NCBI GenBank assembly: GCA_030141605.1
Contig: JAQGDQ010000256.1
Location: 186,001 to 250,000, forward strand
DNA: 64,000 bases
Reading direction: 5' to 3'
Source: Tubiluchus corallicola
Lineage: Eukaryota; Animalia; Priapulida
Part shown: in pieces, positions 39,227 to 51,800 of the stretch
Position numbering within the stretch: the first letter of the stretch is position 1
Layout of the letters: each line of letters begins with the position of its first letter
Position numbers and translations under genes: made by a program
Notes under the pieces: model-generated
Told to the model about the DNA's origin: nothing
The model's input: the letters and a program-made list of their open reading frames with translations, nothing else
Databases searched by the model: none

Positions 39227-41967
39227 AATTTTAAATGTATTTTATGAAATCACAAGCTATTCAAATTTTAAAAAATATCTCAAACGTACGAGCTTCTGCG
39301 AAGTATAGAGAATCTCGCTTGTGTGTCAGTCATCAATAATAAGATAGGGAGTGCTCTTTTGTAGGCGTCTCAGAGAGAGGCGTAAGACGCATGTCTTGCG
39401 AGGAAATGGAATCAGACAATAATTACTGTAATAACGGAACTACATCACAGAAAGGAAGTCTCATACGAGAAGTTAAATAACTCGTTAGGCAGCTACTATT
39501 AGAATACGTGCAGCCACTCCAATCTTCACCCCATACCAGTCTGGCTCACGGAAATTACCTGAGTCAGAATTGGAGTTTGCTGCACGTGCTATTTTCACAG
39601 CAAATCATGTAAAAAATTGTTTACGTCAAAGAAATGTTACATTCATAGGGATCAATCAGATTTTGGAAAATCAGGGTATTTTTTGCTTTATTGTGATCAT
39701 TCAGTTTTTGTACATTAACTAACGTTGTTGTAGCCAGCGTCATCATTATTTATTCGTATGTCATTTATAATGGATGAGTGACCAGATAGCCTACGGTGTT
39801 TCCTCACCCCATCAAGATATCATTGGAAAATAATAAACGTCTATTATTGTCTGTCTGTGTATCACTGTTTTTTATTTGTAAATACTTTTATTAACTTAAC
39901 GGATAATAGTGCGGATTGAAAAAGCAGAATAGAATTTTTAAAATTCTCCTGCATTGCTTTAAAATGGATGTAATACTGTGCCTCTGTAGTTTTAAGAGGC
40001 ACAGTATAACACAAGCACAATAAAATTGTCGTTCTGCGTTGCTAGGTAATTTAACGTAGAGCTGATAAATACGCTTAGGAGTGTCCATGGCCGGCTATAG
40101 CTAGTTTGACGACTTAGGCAAAAATATTTTTGGCGCCCCCTTCTCAACTGTCGGCCATTTACTCACTGCCCACAACAAAATTGAATTTTTATTTGTATGA
40201 AATAAAAGGAATTGTATGGATAAATAATTCATCAGTGAATTTTTGAAACGCAAACTCCTCTTTTCCACATACATTCACTTCACTAATTTCATCATCTTCA
40301 CAACCATAACTCTGACCTGGTTGCAAAAATTCGTTAGCGAATCTTCTTGCAGTTCAATGTCAGCCAAATTTTTTTTATCGTTCGCTTTCTGTATTAACCC
40401 TCTAAAGACTTCGATTCCTACAGGTTTGTCTGGCAAAATTAGATCGAGACTTCATTTAATTGCAAAGCTGATATTGCTTGTCTGCTCATGCAGGACAGGT
40501 AGATCCTGTTTTGATCTTATATGTAATTTTATAATGCATTTTTCTAAATGTTGAGAAATAAAACAAATAAATCCAAATAAGTCAATCAAAAATCGATCAG
40601 TCTCAAATAGTATACACTGCTGAATATTGCGCAACAATACTGACTATCTGTAGGTGCTAATGAGTAGTAGTCATATATATATATATATAATAGTACTAGT
40701 ATATCAATATATATAGTACTACTACTACACGTAGGTGATATTGAAGATTACGCAATATTAGTCAATACTATCGCGCAGTATAATTGTCACTTGCATTGTG
40801 TATCCGGCATAATATGTCCTGAAAATATGATTTTACTACAGCCTACAAAATGTGGTTTCTTGCGTAAATTGTAATGGCAACAATGATCAGTCGATCTTTA
40901 ATCTACCGACAGGTATCATTAAGCATAAAATGTAAAAAATGTACCTGAGGTCACATTTTAATGAAAATGGTGATGTATGTATGTAAACATATACAGTTGT
41001 AAATGAAAAATGAAAAAATGCAAAGTTGATTAAAATCCACTGCTTAAAGTTTTATCATTTTCTTAGAGAAAACCCAAATGTACCGTTTAGAATTCGGAAG
41101 TGTTTTGTATGCTTGTATACTTTCAACTATGTTGTATAACTGTGAAACTTGCGTTGTGCTAGATGTAAGGAAATGCAAAACGAGCATATGAAAATTAATG
41201 CTAAGCATCGCTTGGAATTCTCCAAATAAAGTAGCTTTGATTGAATATGGTATGCCAACACTCAACGCTTTTACGCAGCAGCGACAACTGATTTTTTTAA
41301 TAAGATACTGAATAGTAATAATGAACTACTAAATAGGCTAGTGAGAGAAAATGAGAACTCTGCTTTCATTAAATATTACAAAAATTTAAAGAACAAGTAC
41401 GTTAAAAGGAAAAATCGTATCGCTGCTGACTTAGCTGATATTCAAAATGAATTAAGAAACAAGACCGCGCACAACACAACAAAATTTATCTATCACTTAA
41501 TGATTAATGGAAACTTAGAGAAGCCACACTACTTAATGGGTGATTCAAATTTTACGAAAGTTAATAAAAACTGTAAAATTAAGGGTAGGCTCACACAATT
41601 TGAAGGCTGGATTAGCAAGGAAGAAAGGCATCCCTAGGGGTCAGCGTTTATGCAAGCTCTTGTTGTGTTTTGGAAGATGAAAAACATTTTGTTTTTGATT
41701 ATACTAGGACTAACTGTGTACTAAGACTAAACTAATGAATGTAGTTTTGATTTTAACATGAACTCGTGTACACTTCTAAATGATAGTGGTAACGTTTCTG
41801 AATTTCTAACAATTGTAAATAAGCATAATATATTCTTTTAAATTATGACTTTGGTGTTCACGTAAGTGGATGTATTTACCGCTCGTATTGTTGTACATTT
41901 CAGTCGCTTTGTGATGTGTATATTTATATGTATGTATATTACATATATATAATATGAGAATAAATTA

Positions 41968-42222
<255 letters not shown>

Positions 42223-43832
42223 GTGCTTCAGCGGCAGAGCCTACCACTAATAGTGAGCAGTTGTGGCAAGATCTGACCATAGTTCAATTGCATGCAGAGG
42301 TTGTAAATACAGCTTTCTCCGTCTGCAGGTAAAACTGCCAGAAGATTTTCTAGTGATTACGCAGCTATTTACTAACAAGGCCTGGCACTGTTTAACTTTT
42401 GTTGTGAAACACACAACATAATCACTTAGCATAGGCATCTTCGATGCAGACTGATGTACACTTTTTATTGAGATTTTCAGATTTTTCAAGCTGAAGAAAA
42501 CATGCTAACTGAACGAGTTACTGTAGTAAATCAATATGGACAATGTATTTGCAGGTTTCTTGTGCACATTTTTATCTAATTTAATACTTTTGTCATTTTC
42601 TTTTAGTATTATCATCAATCACCAAAGTAAATTGAGTTCTCAGGCATTCGAGGAAATGCATCATTAGTTCAATTCAATCTACCCTTTAGCTCTCCCCTTT
42701 TCTTTAAAAAAACAAAAAATCCAAGTTCACATTGTGTTTTCTACTTCCTGCCATGCCTTTTAAAATACACGTTATTACATCATTATAACCAGAGGACGAC
42801 AACAATATACGGTAGCACAATTGAACAAGTCCAAAAGCTAGCATACAGAGCACTTTGTGACAGCACTGTGGGGGTTGCTAAGTCCTTCTGATTCATTACA
42901 ACGCTGTTAATGAACAATGCAGGATGTTCATTATAAGTAAATGGTACACATCAGTGGGAGGTTAATAGAAAACAGCAGATCTGATACTTGGATAATAATA
43001 ATCAGTATGGGGTATTTTAATTTCAAAGAAATCTGCTTCACTACACCACTGTTTATATAATTCAGTTTTTCTCACCATGCAGGCCTGCGTCACCACAGTT
43101 TATCTGTTTTGGTGGAAAATTCTATGGAAATAAAACAGGAGGCGTAAATTGAACAGAGGGACTTGCCTCCAGTCAAGTTTAAAAAATCACCCCTGCCCGT
43201 TTATATTGCAAAAGTTTTTTATCTACCTCTATTTCTACCAAGATTAAGCTCATAGCAGTGCTACTTTGTAACAATAATTTAAGACAACACTGTCATAAAA
43301 TAATACATTCAGCCAATATTATAAATTGCTCAATATAATTTGAATAAAAATTTAGATTTAAAGTTTGCTCTTCCTATTTGATTCTACAAAATACTTATTT
43401 TTACAATGAATAATACATCCTCACAGTATACCCTTAAAGTATGGACTAACTACGGACTAAAGTATTGACTAGATAAGCAAAGACACTGGTATTGTCAACA
43501 AAACTTCACTCAAGTTTTATGTACTACTTTGTACATAAACTATTTATGTACTTTATTGACACCATCCCGAGGGTGACACCATAAATGTAAGTGTAAACTT
43601 AAACTAATCAAAAACTACTTGCGATCTACAATGGGACAGTCAAGGCTACCTGATTTTGCGGTTTTATCAGTTGAAAGTGACTTGGCAAAAGTAGTTGATT
43701 TTGATGAAGTAATTGACAAGTTTGTAGTGGTGAAGTCCAGGAAAGGAAAGTTCCGAATGTTAACATATAATTAGTAAATACAGAATTGTTTGTGTTTTAA
43801 TACCAGTTTTTTTTTGATATTTTAATTAAGTA

Positions 43833-44762
43833 CAGTAAATTCTGCACAACTTAAATCCAACAGGACTGAAAAAAGTTTACATGATTTTTTATGTTACAAG
43901 GCACATACATAACAATGTTAAACAATATGACAGTGTCTTATGTACTGCAGTTCAGTTTGTGTTTAGTTCAATTAGTGCGGAATGATCAATCCCGGAGAAA
44001 ATAATCGGGAGCGCGACTTGTAAGACATCAGAATATTCCCAGAAGACAATACTGTTTTTGAGTTGTATGAAACTTTTTATTTTTTAGAGTATGAATTGTA
44101 TTTTTGAGTTAGGCAAAGTAAATTAGATGTATTTTGATTAAATGGACCATAATTTTTCATTTGAGTTAAGTGAAATTTTTAGTTATATCAGGGGTGTGCA
44201 AATTATCTGACTAGCCGGGCCACATTAAACTTTCCCGCTATTCCTGCAGGCCACATGTAGTTAGATCAAGAAGCCAAGTACAGAAAGACCTAATAACGAT
44301 TTTTTTGCATCCGACCTGCGTACATCATTACTACACTCAAGAAACTATTTTCGAAGTTATTAAAATTTATATTACAAACCATATATTTCTACTTTCAGGA
44401 CAGATAGTGGTAATTTCATTACAATGCATATTAGTAATGTGTATCACACAGTCTGTGTAGTACAGTGTTATTAAGCTACAACCATCTTGTAAGGGTTAAT
44501 GGCATCCTATCTAGTAGAAAAAACTACCCGCACTATCTTTGGGATCGTGGCACTGACACCCAATTAATCGCCCAGGCCGCACTTTCATTAGGTTGACAAA
44601 TCTCTTTGCGGGGGCCGCAATTTGCACACCCCTGAGTTATATATTTTGAGTTAAGCGATGTTTTTTCCTGGGAAAAACTAAGGATTTCATCCGTTCCGCT
44701 GAAATTCTTTGGGTTAGGTGAAAACTTGAGTTATGCAATTTTGAGTTACGCGGAGGTTAGTG
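43833..44762. mobile_element. Tc1/mariner (Tigger-like) MITE nested in the hAT remnant
   Basis: TA|CAGTAAATTCTGCACAACTTAAA and TTTGAGTTACGCGGAGGTTAGTG|TA form imperfect TIRs; internal TTGAGTTA repeats. Confidence 0.6.
44189..44634. mobile_element. hAT (Charlie-like) MITE
   Basis: Perfect 16-bp TIR CAGGGGTGTGCAAATT / AATTTGCACACCCCTG and perfect 8-bp TSD AGTTATAT. Confidence 0.92.
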
Positions 44763-45114
44763 TAGTGTGTTTTCATATGTTTAAAAGTGTTGCTTCAATG
44801 TGTAAATATCTCATATAAAAAATTAAAAATATTAAGCTTTATTTTAAAATAAACATTGTCAAATGTGTTCTTAGCACTTTAACTCAGTAGGATGGAAAAC
44901 AAAAATGATGTTGTCTAGATGATATTTCACCTAGTCGCCACGTAGCAAGTGCTAGCTACATACATACGATATTAGTAAAGGAATTTGTATAATACAGTGT
45001 ATGAGCTCCAACGCACAGTTGACACCAAGAGTACCACACCGGGTGACACCAACCCTAGCAATACCTCTGACTATTTTTTAAAAATGCAACAATGAAGATT
45101 TAGTTGCAACAATT

Positions 45115-46662
45115 TTACCAACCGCTGAAATCAGACAGTTCCCTTGTTTGGCGCACTTTTTTTCGCACAGGTTCATCTTCATGCACTGCTGATGATGCTG
45201 GGTTAAGATACTTCCCAACCCCACTTCTGAAAACCCTAGCTTTCTTTTCCTCATCATTCTTCTGTGAAATTGGCCCTCCTTTTAATAACTCCTTCTCTTT
45301 TATCTCTTTTTGTCGTTCCTCCTCACGCTCTTTCTTTAACTGTTCATCAACTTCATCGTAGGGATTTACGAAAACCTGCGTGCTCTCAATACGAATATCT
45401 TTCTTCGGACGGTCTTTGTCGTCAACTTCAATTTTTTCCATCAGGTTTAGTACGTCAAGTCCTCCTACGACGCGCCCAAACACAGAATGCTTGTTGTCTA
45501 AATGATGGCAAGAGCGGTATGTTATAAAGAACTGCGAAGTATTTGTGTTTGGTCCCGAATTGGCCATGCTGAGGATACCACGTCCTGCATGTGTAAGGTT
45601 AGGCCTGAACTCATCTTTAAATTTTGCTTTCCAAATAGACTCCCCACCTTTACCCGTACCTGTGGGGTCGCCACCTTGAATCATAAAATTACGAATGGAT
45701 CGGTGAAATATGATGCCATTATAATATCCATTTTCACACAACTTAATGAAGTTCTCGCAAGTCTTGGGCACCATATCACAATGCAGTTCAATGTTTAAAT
45801 GTCCAAAGTTTGTAACCAGGCGTACGTAACCTTTCTTTTTAATGCGGGTATACCTAACAATATCATCAGGAATTATAGCTGTCTCATGCTTGGTCTTTGG
45901 TTCCATGGCTGTAGATGTAAATCCGGCCGCCACCATTCCTGTCGAATAATGTGCAGCATTAAATGAGTCAACTAATTCCTTTTCCTCTTGTTTTGTTTCA
46001 GCAGCCTTATATGTGCTATCAAGTTCTTGCAAGATATCTTTAGTCTCTGCATTGACATTTTTCAGTCGATACTTAGGATCCTTTTTCGCTTTTTCTTCTG
46101 CTTCGTCCACAACCTTGAGATTGTTTTTCAGGAAATGAAATGTTGAAATGTTAAATTTTTGCAAGTTACTCGGATCCTGTATGGTTATTATGTCGTTCCG
46201 AGTAAACGGCTCATCCGTTAGAAGGTCTTTAAAGTTTTTAGGTTTAACATTCAAATTCTTAACTGCGTCCATGCTAAATACGTTTCCTGTTGGTCTGATT
46301 GCCACAATGTGGGTGTTGTCCGTAAAAACCTTGTAAGTCACGGGACAATGATATTTACCATCACAGTTTTTTGAGAAATTTAATTTAATCAAACTCTTAA
46401 CATCTAATGGTTTTCCAGTTATCGGATTGTGGGCATATTTTTTCAAATATGGGACAATGTTCATTAAATCAAAGATCACTCCATCATCCGTACATAATGG
46501 ATGTTCAAATGGCTGCAATGAGATACTGCAGCAAAAAAAGGGCAGGCGGCGAAATTCGGCTTTCTCTCCCACTTCTGGTCCTTGTTTTTTCCCTCCGTAC
46601 AGATATGTCCACTCCTTTGTCGTAAGATATAGCTTATCTGATTGATGTTGTTTTTTCCCCAT
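45115..46662 (-). CDS. PPIL2: RING/U-box cyclophilin PPIL2 (Cyp60), 515 aa, single coding exon
   Basis: N-terminus MGKKQHQSDKLYLT..EW, U-box RRLPF.CCS.SLQPFE.P.CT, linker AAHYSTG.VAAGFTST, cyclophilin domain FHRSIRNFMIQGGDPTGTG, C-terminal DFSGW. Confidence 0.97.
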   Translation of the reverse strand: MGKKQHQSDKLYLTTKEWTYLYGGKKQGPEVGEKAEFRRLPFFCCSISLQPFEHPLCTDDGVIFDLMNIVPYLKKYAHNPITGKPLDVKSLIKLNFSKNCDGKYHCPVTYKVFTDNTHIVAIRPTGNVFSMDAVKNLNVKPKNFKDLLTDEPFTRNDIITIQDPSNLQKFNISTFHFLKNNLKVVDEAEEKAKKDPKYRLKNVNAETKDILQELDSTYKAAETKQEEKELVDSFNAAHYSTGMVAAGFTSTAMEPKTKHETAIIPDDIVRYTRIKKKGYVRLVTNFGHLNIELHCDMVPKTCENFIKLCENGYYNGIIFHRSIRNFMIQGGDPTGTGKGGESIWKAKFKDEFRPNLTHAGRGILSMANSGPNTNTSQFFITYRSCHHLDNKHSVFGRVVGGLDVLNLMEKIEVDDKDRPKKDIRIESTQVFVNPYDEVDEQLKKEREEERQKEIKEKELLKGGPISQKNDEEKKARVFRSGVGKYLNPASSAVHEDEPVRKKVRQTRELSDFSGW

Positions 46663-46937
46663 TTTGATTCAATTCTACACTTACTGTGACCTATAGTAAG
46701 ATGCAAAGAAAACTAAACAATTTTATTGAAACAGAAATATTAATACTATTTGAGACATGAAAATAAAAGCAATCATAGTACTACATACGTAGAAAACACG
46801 CAATTTTCCATGAAGCTGAATAATAATTATTGTTTCAGCATTAAAAAAACAATTGGCTTCATTGTAATTTATGGTCATGCCTCGTTTGTTGAAATTTTTT
46901 GAAAATGCACTACTTTTAAAAGACCACCTTTTTCAGT

Positions 46938-47360
46938 CAGTAGATGCCGCTTAATAGACTCACGCTTAATAGACCCAATCGCTTAATTGACTCAAAAACT
47001 CTATGAACGGGCCACTTCTATTCAAATATATATAAAAACTATCGGTAATTGACTCGACTAACTCCGCATAATTGACTCAATATTTTTCCTTCACCTACTT
47101 AAAATAAGATATTTGTATGTGCCCAAAGAGACTTTCTTACTTTTATGTCATCTTTACTTCCCTTTTGTGCACTATGTATACAGAAACAATCATGTTAAGT
47201 ACCCCGTTTTGCTTGTAAGCATGTACGTTTATCATGCGCTAATACGCTAACATAGCGATTTTGCTTTGAATCTGTTACAAGCTCGCCCACTGAAAACCAA
47301 AGAATTTCTGGAAGCTAAACATTTAATCACTTGCCTAGCAGTTACTTTTTGATGCTCTTG
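46938..47360 (+). mobile_element. Tigger/pogo-like non-autonomous element, truncated copy
   Basis: Begins CAGTAGATGCCGCTTAAT and is colinear with 55823-56170 (shared CTTCTATTCAAAT, CGCATAATTGACTCAATATTTT, CTGGAAGCTAAACATTTAATCACTTGCC). Confidence 0.8.
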
Positions 47361-47799
47361 TTGCAAATCACGCTTAGAGGCCTAATGAGTTAACAGTCAA
47401 AGATGCAGGTACAGTATAATCAGTATAATTTATGTCATTACAGGCCGAAATTCCACATGAACCAAATCTTTCAATGGCCAACAAAAAGTTAATTCACTTA
47501 AGCACTTACAAGTTTCAGACACTTGCATTAAAGACTTAACGTTACTTAGTTGAAAAATATAATGAAATTAATCACAAATCCAGCGTTAACAACAATATGG
47601 CACATCATGCCATTGACGATTACTGACTGAGTGAATCTGAACAAATATGTCTTTGGTCTGAGTCACTGCAATAAACCACAGTTATAAAATTAGACCCATA
47701 TAGACTCACTCTCTACATACATACGTCGATAGTAGACGCAAAGAACTAAGTAGAACCCAAGATATTGGATACTCTGGAGGATGCACCAACATTTAGTTC

Positions 47800-48850
47800 A
47801 TAAAGAGTCCCTAAAGCTTTTTTGAACTTTAAGTGCAATTCTTCACCAGGACCGGATCAGACACATTCTTTGATTTTAATCAAGACCGCCTATGCATTAG
47901 CTAAGAAATCATTTGAAAGTGGAATTGTACCTAATGACTGGAAGCTGTCAACAATAAGTCCAATTCACAAAAAGGGACAAAGAGGTTTACTTGCAAAATT
48001 ATAAACACATCGCTATCACTAGTGTTATCTGCAAAGTCCTTGAAAGACTAATAGTAAACCAAATTATACAATACGTAGAACCACGACAACTAATTAGTTC
48101 ATCATCAGTTTGCTGATGACACAAAACTGGCACATTCTGTACCTGACAATCATCAGATTCCACAACTTCCACAACCACAACTTGACAATATCGCTCAATG
48201 GTCACACACTTGGCAAATGGAGTTTAACACTCAAGATTCAAAATGCAATACTCTTCATAATGGTCGAAACAACAGATTGGTTCAGTACACATTCAACAAT
48301 TTTTTAATGTAGATTAGGAGACCAGCTTAGGACTATTAGCTGATAATACACTGAACTTCGATAGCCACATTACATGCAAAGCTAAAAAGTGTAAAAGTTA
48401 TACTTGCACTTTGCAAGACATTGGTACGACCACATCTGGACTATCTTAGCCAAGCGTGAAAGCCACACTTTGTCAAATATATCTATCTACTTGAGTCTAC
48501 AAGAGCATGAACACAACATGAGTGAAGGACTCAATGGCTCAAATTACGATCAGAAACTAAGACACCTGCAACTATACAGACTCTGCACGAGAAGGCGTAG
48601 CAGAGTACTCATAGAAACATATTGTCTTCCATGGATTTGCAAATGTCAACCCGGATGCATTCTTCATTAGAAGTACCCAGTAGCATCAGAGGACACGGTT
48701 ATAAGCTTTATCAGAAAAGAGCCAACACCAACAAAATATTGATTTTAGTTTTTCCAATGCTGAGATTCGTCTTTGAAACTCGATACCAGAACATATAGTT
48801 AGGGTTGCAAATGTGACGTGCCTCAAAAATAAGCTTGACAAATACCTCTG
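47800..48850 (+). mobile_element. CR1-clade LINE reverse-transcriptase remnant (frameshifted, internally deleted)
   Basis: Fragments SSPGPD, SGIVPNDWKLSTISPIHKKG, YKHIAITSVICKVLERLI, WSHTWQMEFN, LVRPHLDY, RGHGYKL. Confidence 0.9.
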
Positions 48851-51800
48851 CACAAGAAAGCTCCTGTTTTAACACCACTTGGCGTGCTTGGAGATGGAGC
48901 ATTCTGCTGCACCTACACCAAGAACTGTTTGGAGCTCTGTAAAGTTACACAAACATTTGTCATAAACATTTATTATCATGAGAACCAAGGAGTCAATAGA
49001 TAGCATGCTTACCAACTGGCGAGTTTAACTAAGGTTGGTGCGACATTCACCATAGCAGGCAGAGTATTCTGAACACTCAAATGACATCTCCCACTTTAAT
49101 GTTTGCAAAAGGTCAATTGTATGCTTTAATCATGACAAAAAATTAAAGTCTTGCAATCTTGAACAATATGCTCATGGACGCCGCCAGTGCTTAACCCACA
49201 GCTTAAGCCAGAGTTTAAAAAATTTGATGCACAAGCAACTAGGGGGTCTGGGGGTCACCAATGCATTTTCTTGTATTTAAGCACATTTTGGAGGCCTGAA
49301 ATGAGATCTAAATTCAGGTACATAGACTTCCTCAAACGTCAAAAATTCTGCTTTAATAAATGAACTTTAATAACATTTACTTACCCCGGGTAGGTAGTAT
49401 TCATTGCATTCTATTGTAGTAGTCATAATATCTTAAAAGCAAGTTCTTTTTTACACTGCAGTGTGGATCACGTATTACTTAAGCTTTATTTATTTAGTGT
49501 CAAGATTATCTACACACCAAAAGGTGAATAGTCAAACGTAAAACTAATTTGAGACTGTTAAGTTTACAGCCCACCCAACGTTCTTACAAAATAAGTTGGG
49601 TGCGTGCTAATTTTTCCCACCAGATACAGCTGAATATCTCGGCCACACATGCATTTCACTGCATTTTAGACCATTTTGCAGTTGCTAGAAGCTATTTCAT
49701 TGAACAGATTCACTAGCTTAAAACTCATTGTATCACCTCAAACTCGTGACTCATAATTTCACTACTACCATGAACGGAGGGGGGGGGGGGTCAGGCACCT
49801 TGGGCCCACTCTCTAAATGCAGGTGCAGTTACAGTTAGCTAAAAAGTGTCTAGACAACGGAAATCGACACTACGTGACATACATGAATGAAACATAACGT
49901 CACTATGCAAATTAGCTCACTGCTCGGGGATTGCACAAAGAAACAAGGGGTAGATGTGTTTTTTGGTTTATTGCTAAAAAATTATTTAGCCATAACTTCT
50001 GCGGACGCACGTGCATCAGTGCGTTCGCCTGCCAGCGCCTAAAAGATTTTAACTAGAAGTTTGTGGTGCATGTGTAAATGGTTAGTAGTGCAAATCTCAA
50101 GGTTGTAAATAAATTAAATAATGTTTCATAGGTAAATTTGGATGTACTGATTAAATCAATCAATTTGGCAATTGTCTACTTAATACCTTTCCAGTAGCAA
50201 CATACCAAACAGGGTTGACTTTGGTACCCTAGTTAGTTCTTCGTCACCCTTTTGCCAATCAGCACTCTATTCTTTTTTGTAAATTGTTAATCATCATACC
50301 ATTTTGTTTTATTAACTAACAACGTTGATTCTTGTATTGAATATGTTGTAATACGGCGATAAATACACTACCTAAGTATTTCTTCTAATAGAAAAATTGG
50401 TCCTGCAAAAGATACGAAAATGCAAATGTAGTGCGGAAAGAAGTTTTGCATATTGGAACAACGAGAACGGATAGTCCAAGTGAGATTGAGAACTGTCGTT
50501 CTTGTAGGGCGCAGAGTACGCCACTAACCAAAGTGTGACACTTCCGTTAGAACGCATGTGCTAAATTGCGTACATGGGCAGCCCAAGCAGGGCACTGGCG
50601 ATTTCTGTCGACAATTATGACATAATAAAACTAAATTTGTTTAGAAAAAGTAACTTTATAATAATGATGGGTAATCCTTGACAATTTACATATGTATTAT
50701 TTACAATAATATCATCAGTATTATTAGCTCCATTAATATCATCATAAAGTATCTAAATATGTAGGGCACATAGCTCGCTAGCCCGTTCATTTAGTAGAAA
50801 ACAATTATTTGTCCAAGAGGTAGTGAAACGGATCACCTGTCTGTGAAGCGAGACAAATAAAATATGATATAACTTAAGTAAATGTTGGAATCACCTAAAA
50901 AGCGGGTTTATTTCACTTCAAAAATATTAATATCGAAGCCAAATTTAATATTGCCCGTTCTATTACCTCAGGATAAGGTTCTTTTATTTTATTAGATGTA
51001 TAATAAAATTATACAACTTGTATTGACGTTTTCAATGTTATATTATTATTAAATAAACAAAGACAACGGACGCTGCCAGTACAACTCAATTCGTGACCAG
51101 TCTCTACTCTCTAGTGTCCTACTTGGGCAAGCTCATGTACGCCAATTGTCCTACTCCGCTCCCAACAATTATGAACATAAATTCTATAGTTAGCTGAAAT
51201 AAAAAAATATTTAATAGAATTTTTGTCGTTTTTAGCTGAACTTTCTATCATCCTTCCGGTTGTGGTATGTGTAATAGCGTAATAACAATATTCTAATATT
51301 ATCACACCTTACGTGAGACGTTTGGTAGATACGTAATATCTATATCAACTTATTTGGAACCAGGTTTCCGGACCCGGTTTGCGTGGTGCTGATTATCGTA
51401 TTGGAGATGGAAATTATCGCAATTTTCGCCAAAATTTCCAAAAATTTTTTGTTTCAGCAGATTACTATAAATGAGGCTTTAGCTACCCTCTTCTTGAGTA
51501 TTTGCATTCAGTCGACCTTCACATTTGGATAGCCTTGATGCTATATTAAATTATTATATGCACTTCTGTTTAGCAATTTTATTTGTGGTGCTAGCACACA
51601 TCAAAAATTAGAAATTAGATACTATTTACATGTATATACATATATGTAGGAATTGATAGTTGGTTTATGGATCGAGCTATTAGAGCAAAATGGTCACTTT
51701 CAGCATACAACTACAAGTCTCCATCAGTGTTTACAAAGTTTTTTTTTGGATAGCCATTCGTGCCATTCAATTACCCATACAGCTTTACAACCGTCAGCAA

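Larger units (their letters stand above)
43560..45069 (+). mobile_element. hAT (Tip100-like) deletion derivative with a C-terminal dimerisation-domain remnant
   Basis: 43595-43756 translates KLKLIKNYLRSTMGQSRLPDFAVLSVESDLAKVVDFDEVIDKFVVVKSRK. The right end CACCGGGTGACACCAACCCTAGCAATACCTCTG resembles hAT termini, and GGGTGACACC also occurs at 43571. The left boundary is uncertain. Confidence 0.75.

Noticed and set aside
40243-41637. Several 60-100 aa ORFs between the GPCR and the (CTA)n tract
   Set aside because: Mostly non-ATG starts with no recognisable motifs; possibly decayed TE sequence but not assignable.
45104-46645. Plus-strand ORFs overlapping PPIL2
   Set aside because: Antisense shadows of a real CDS.
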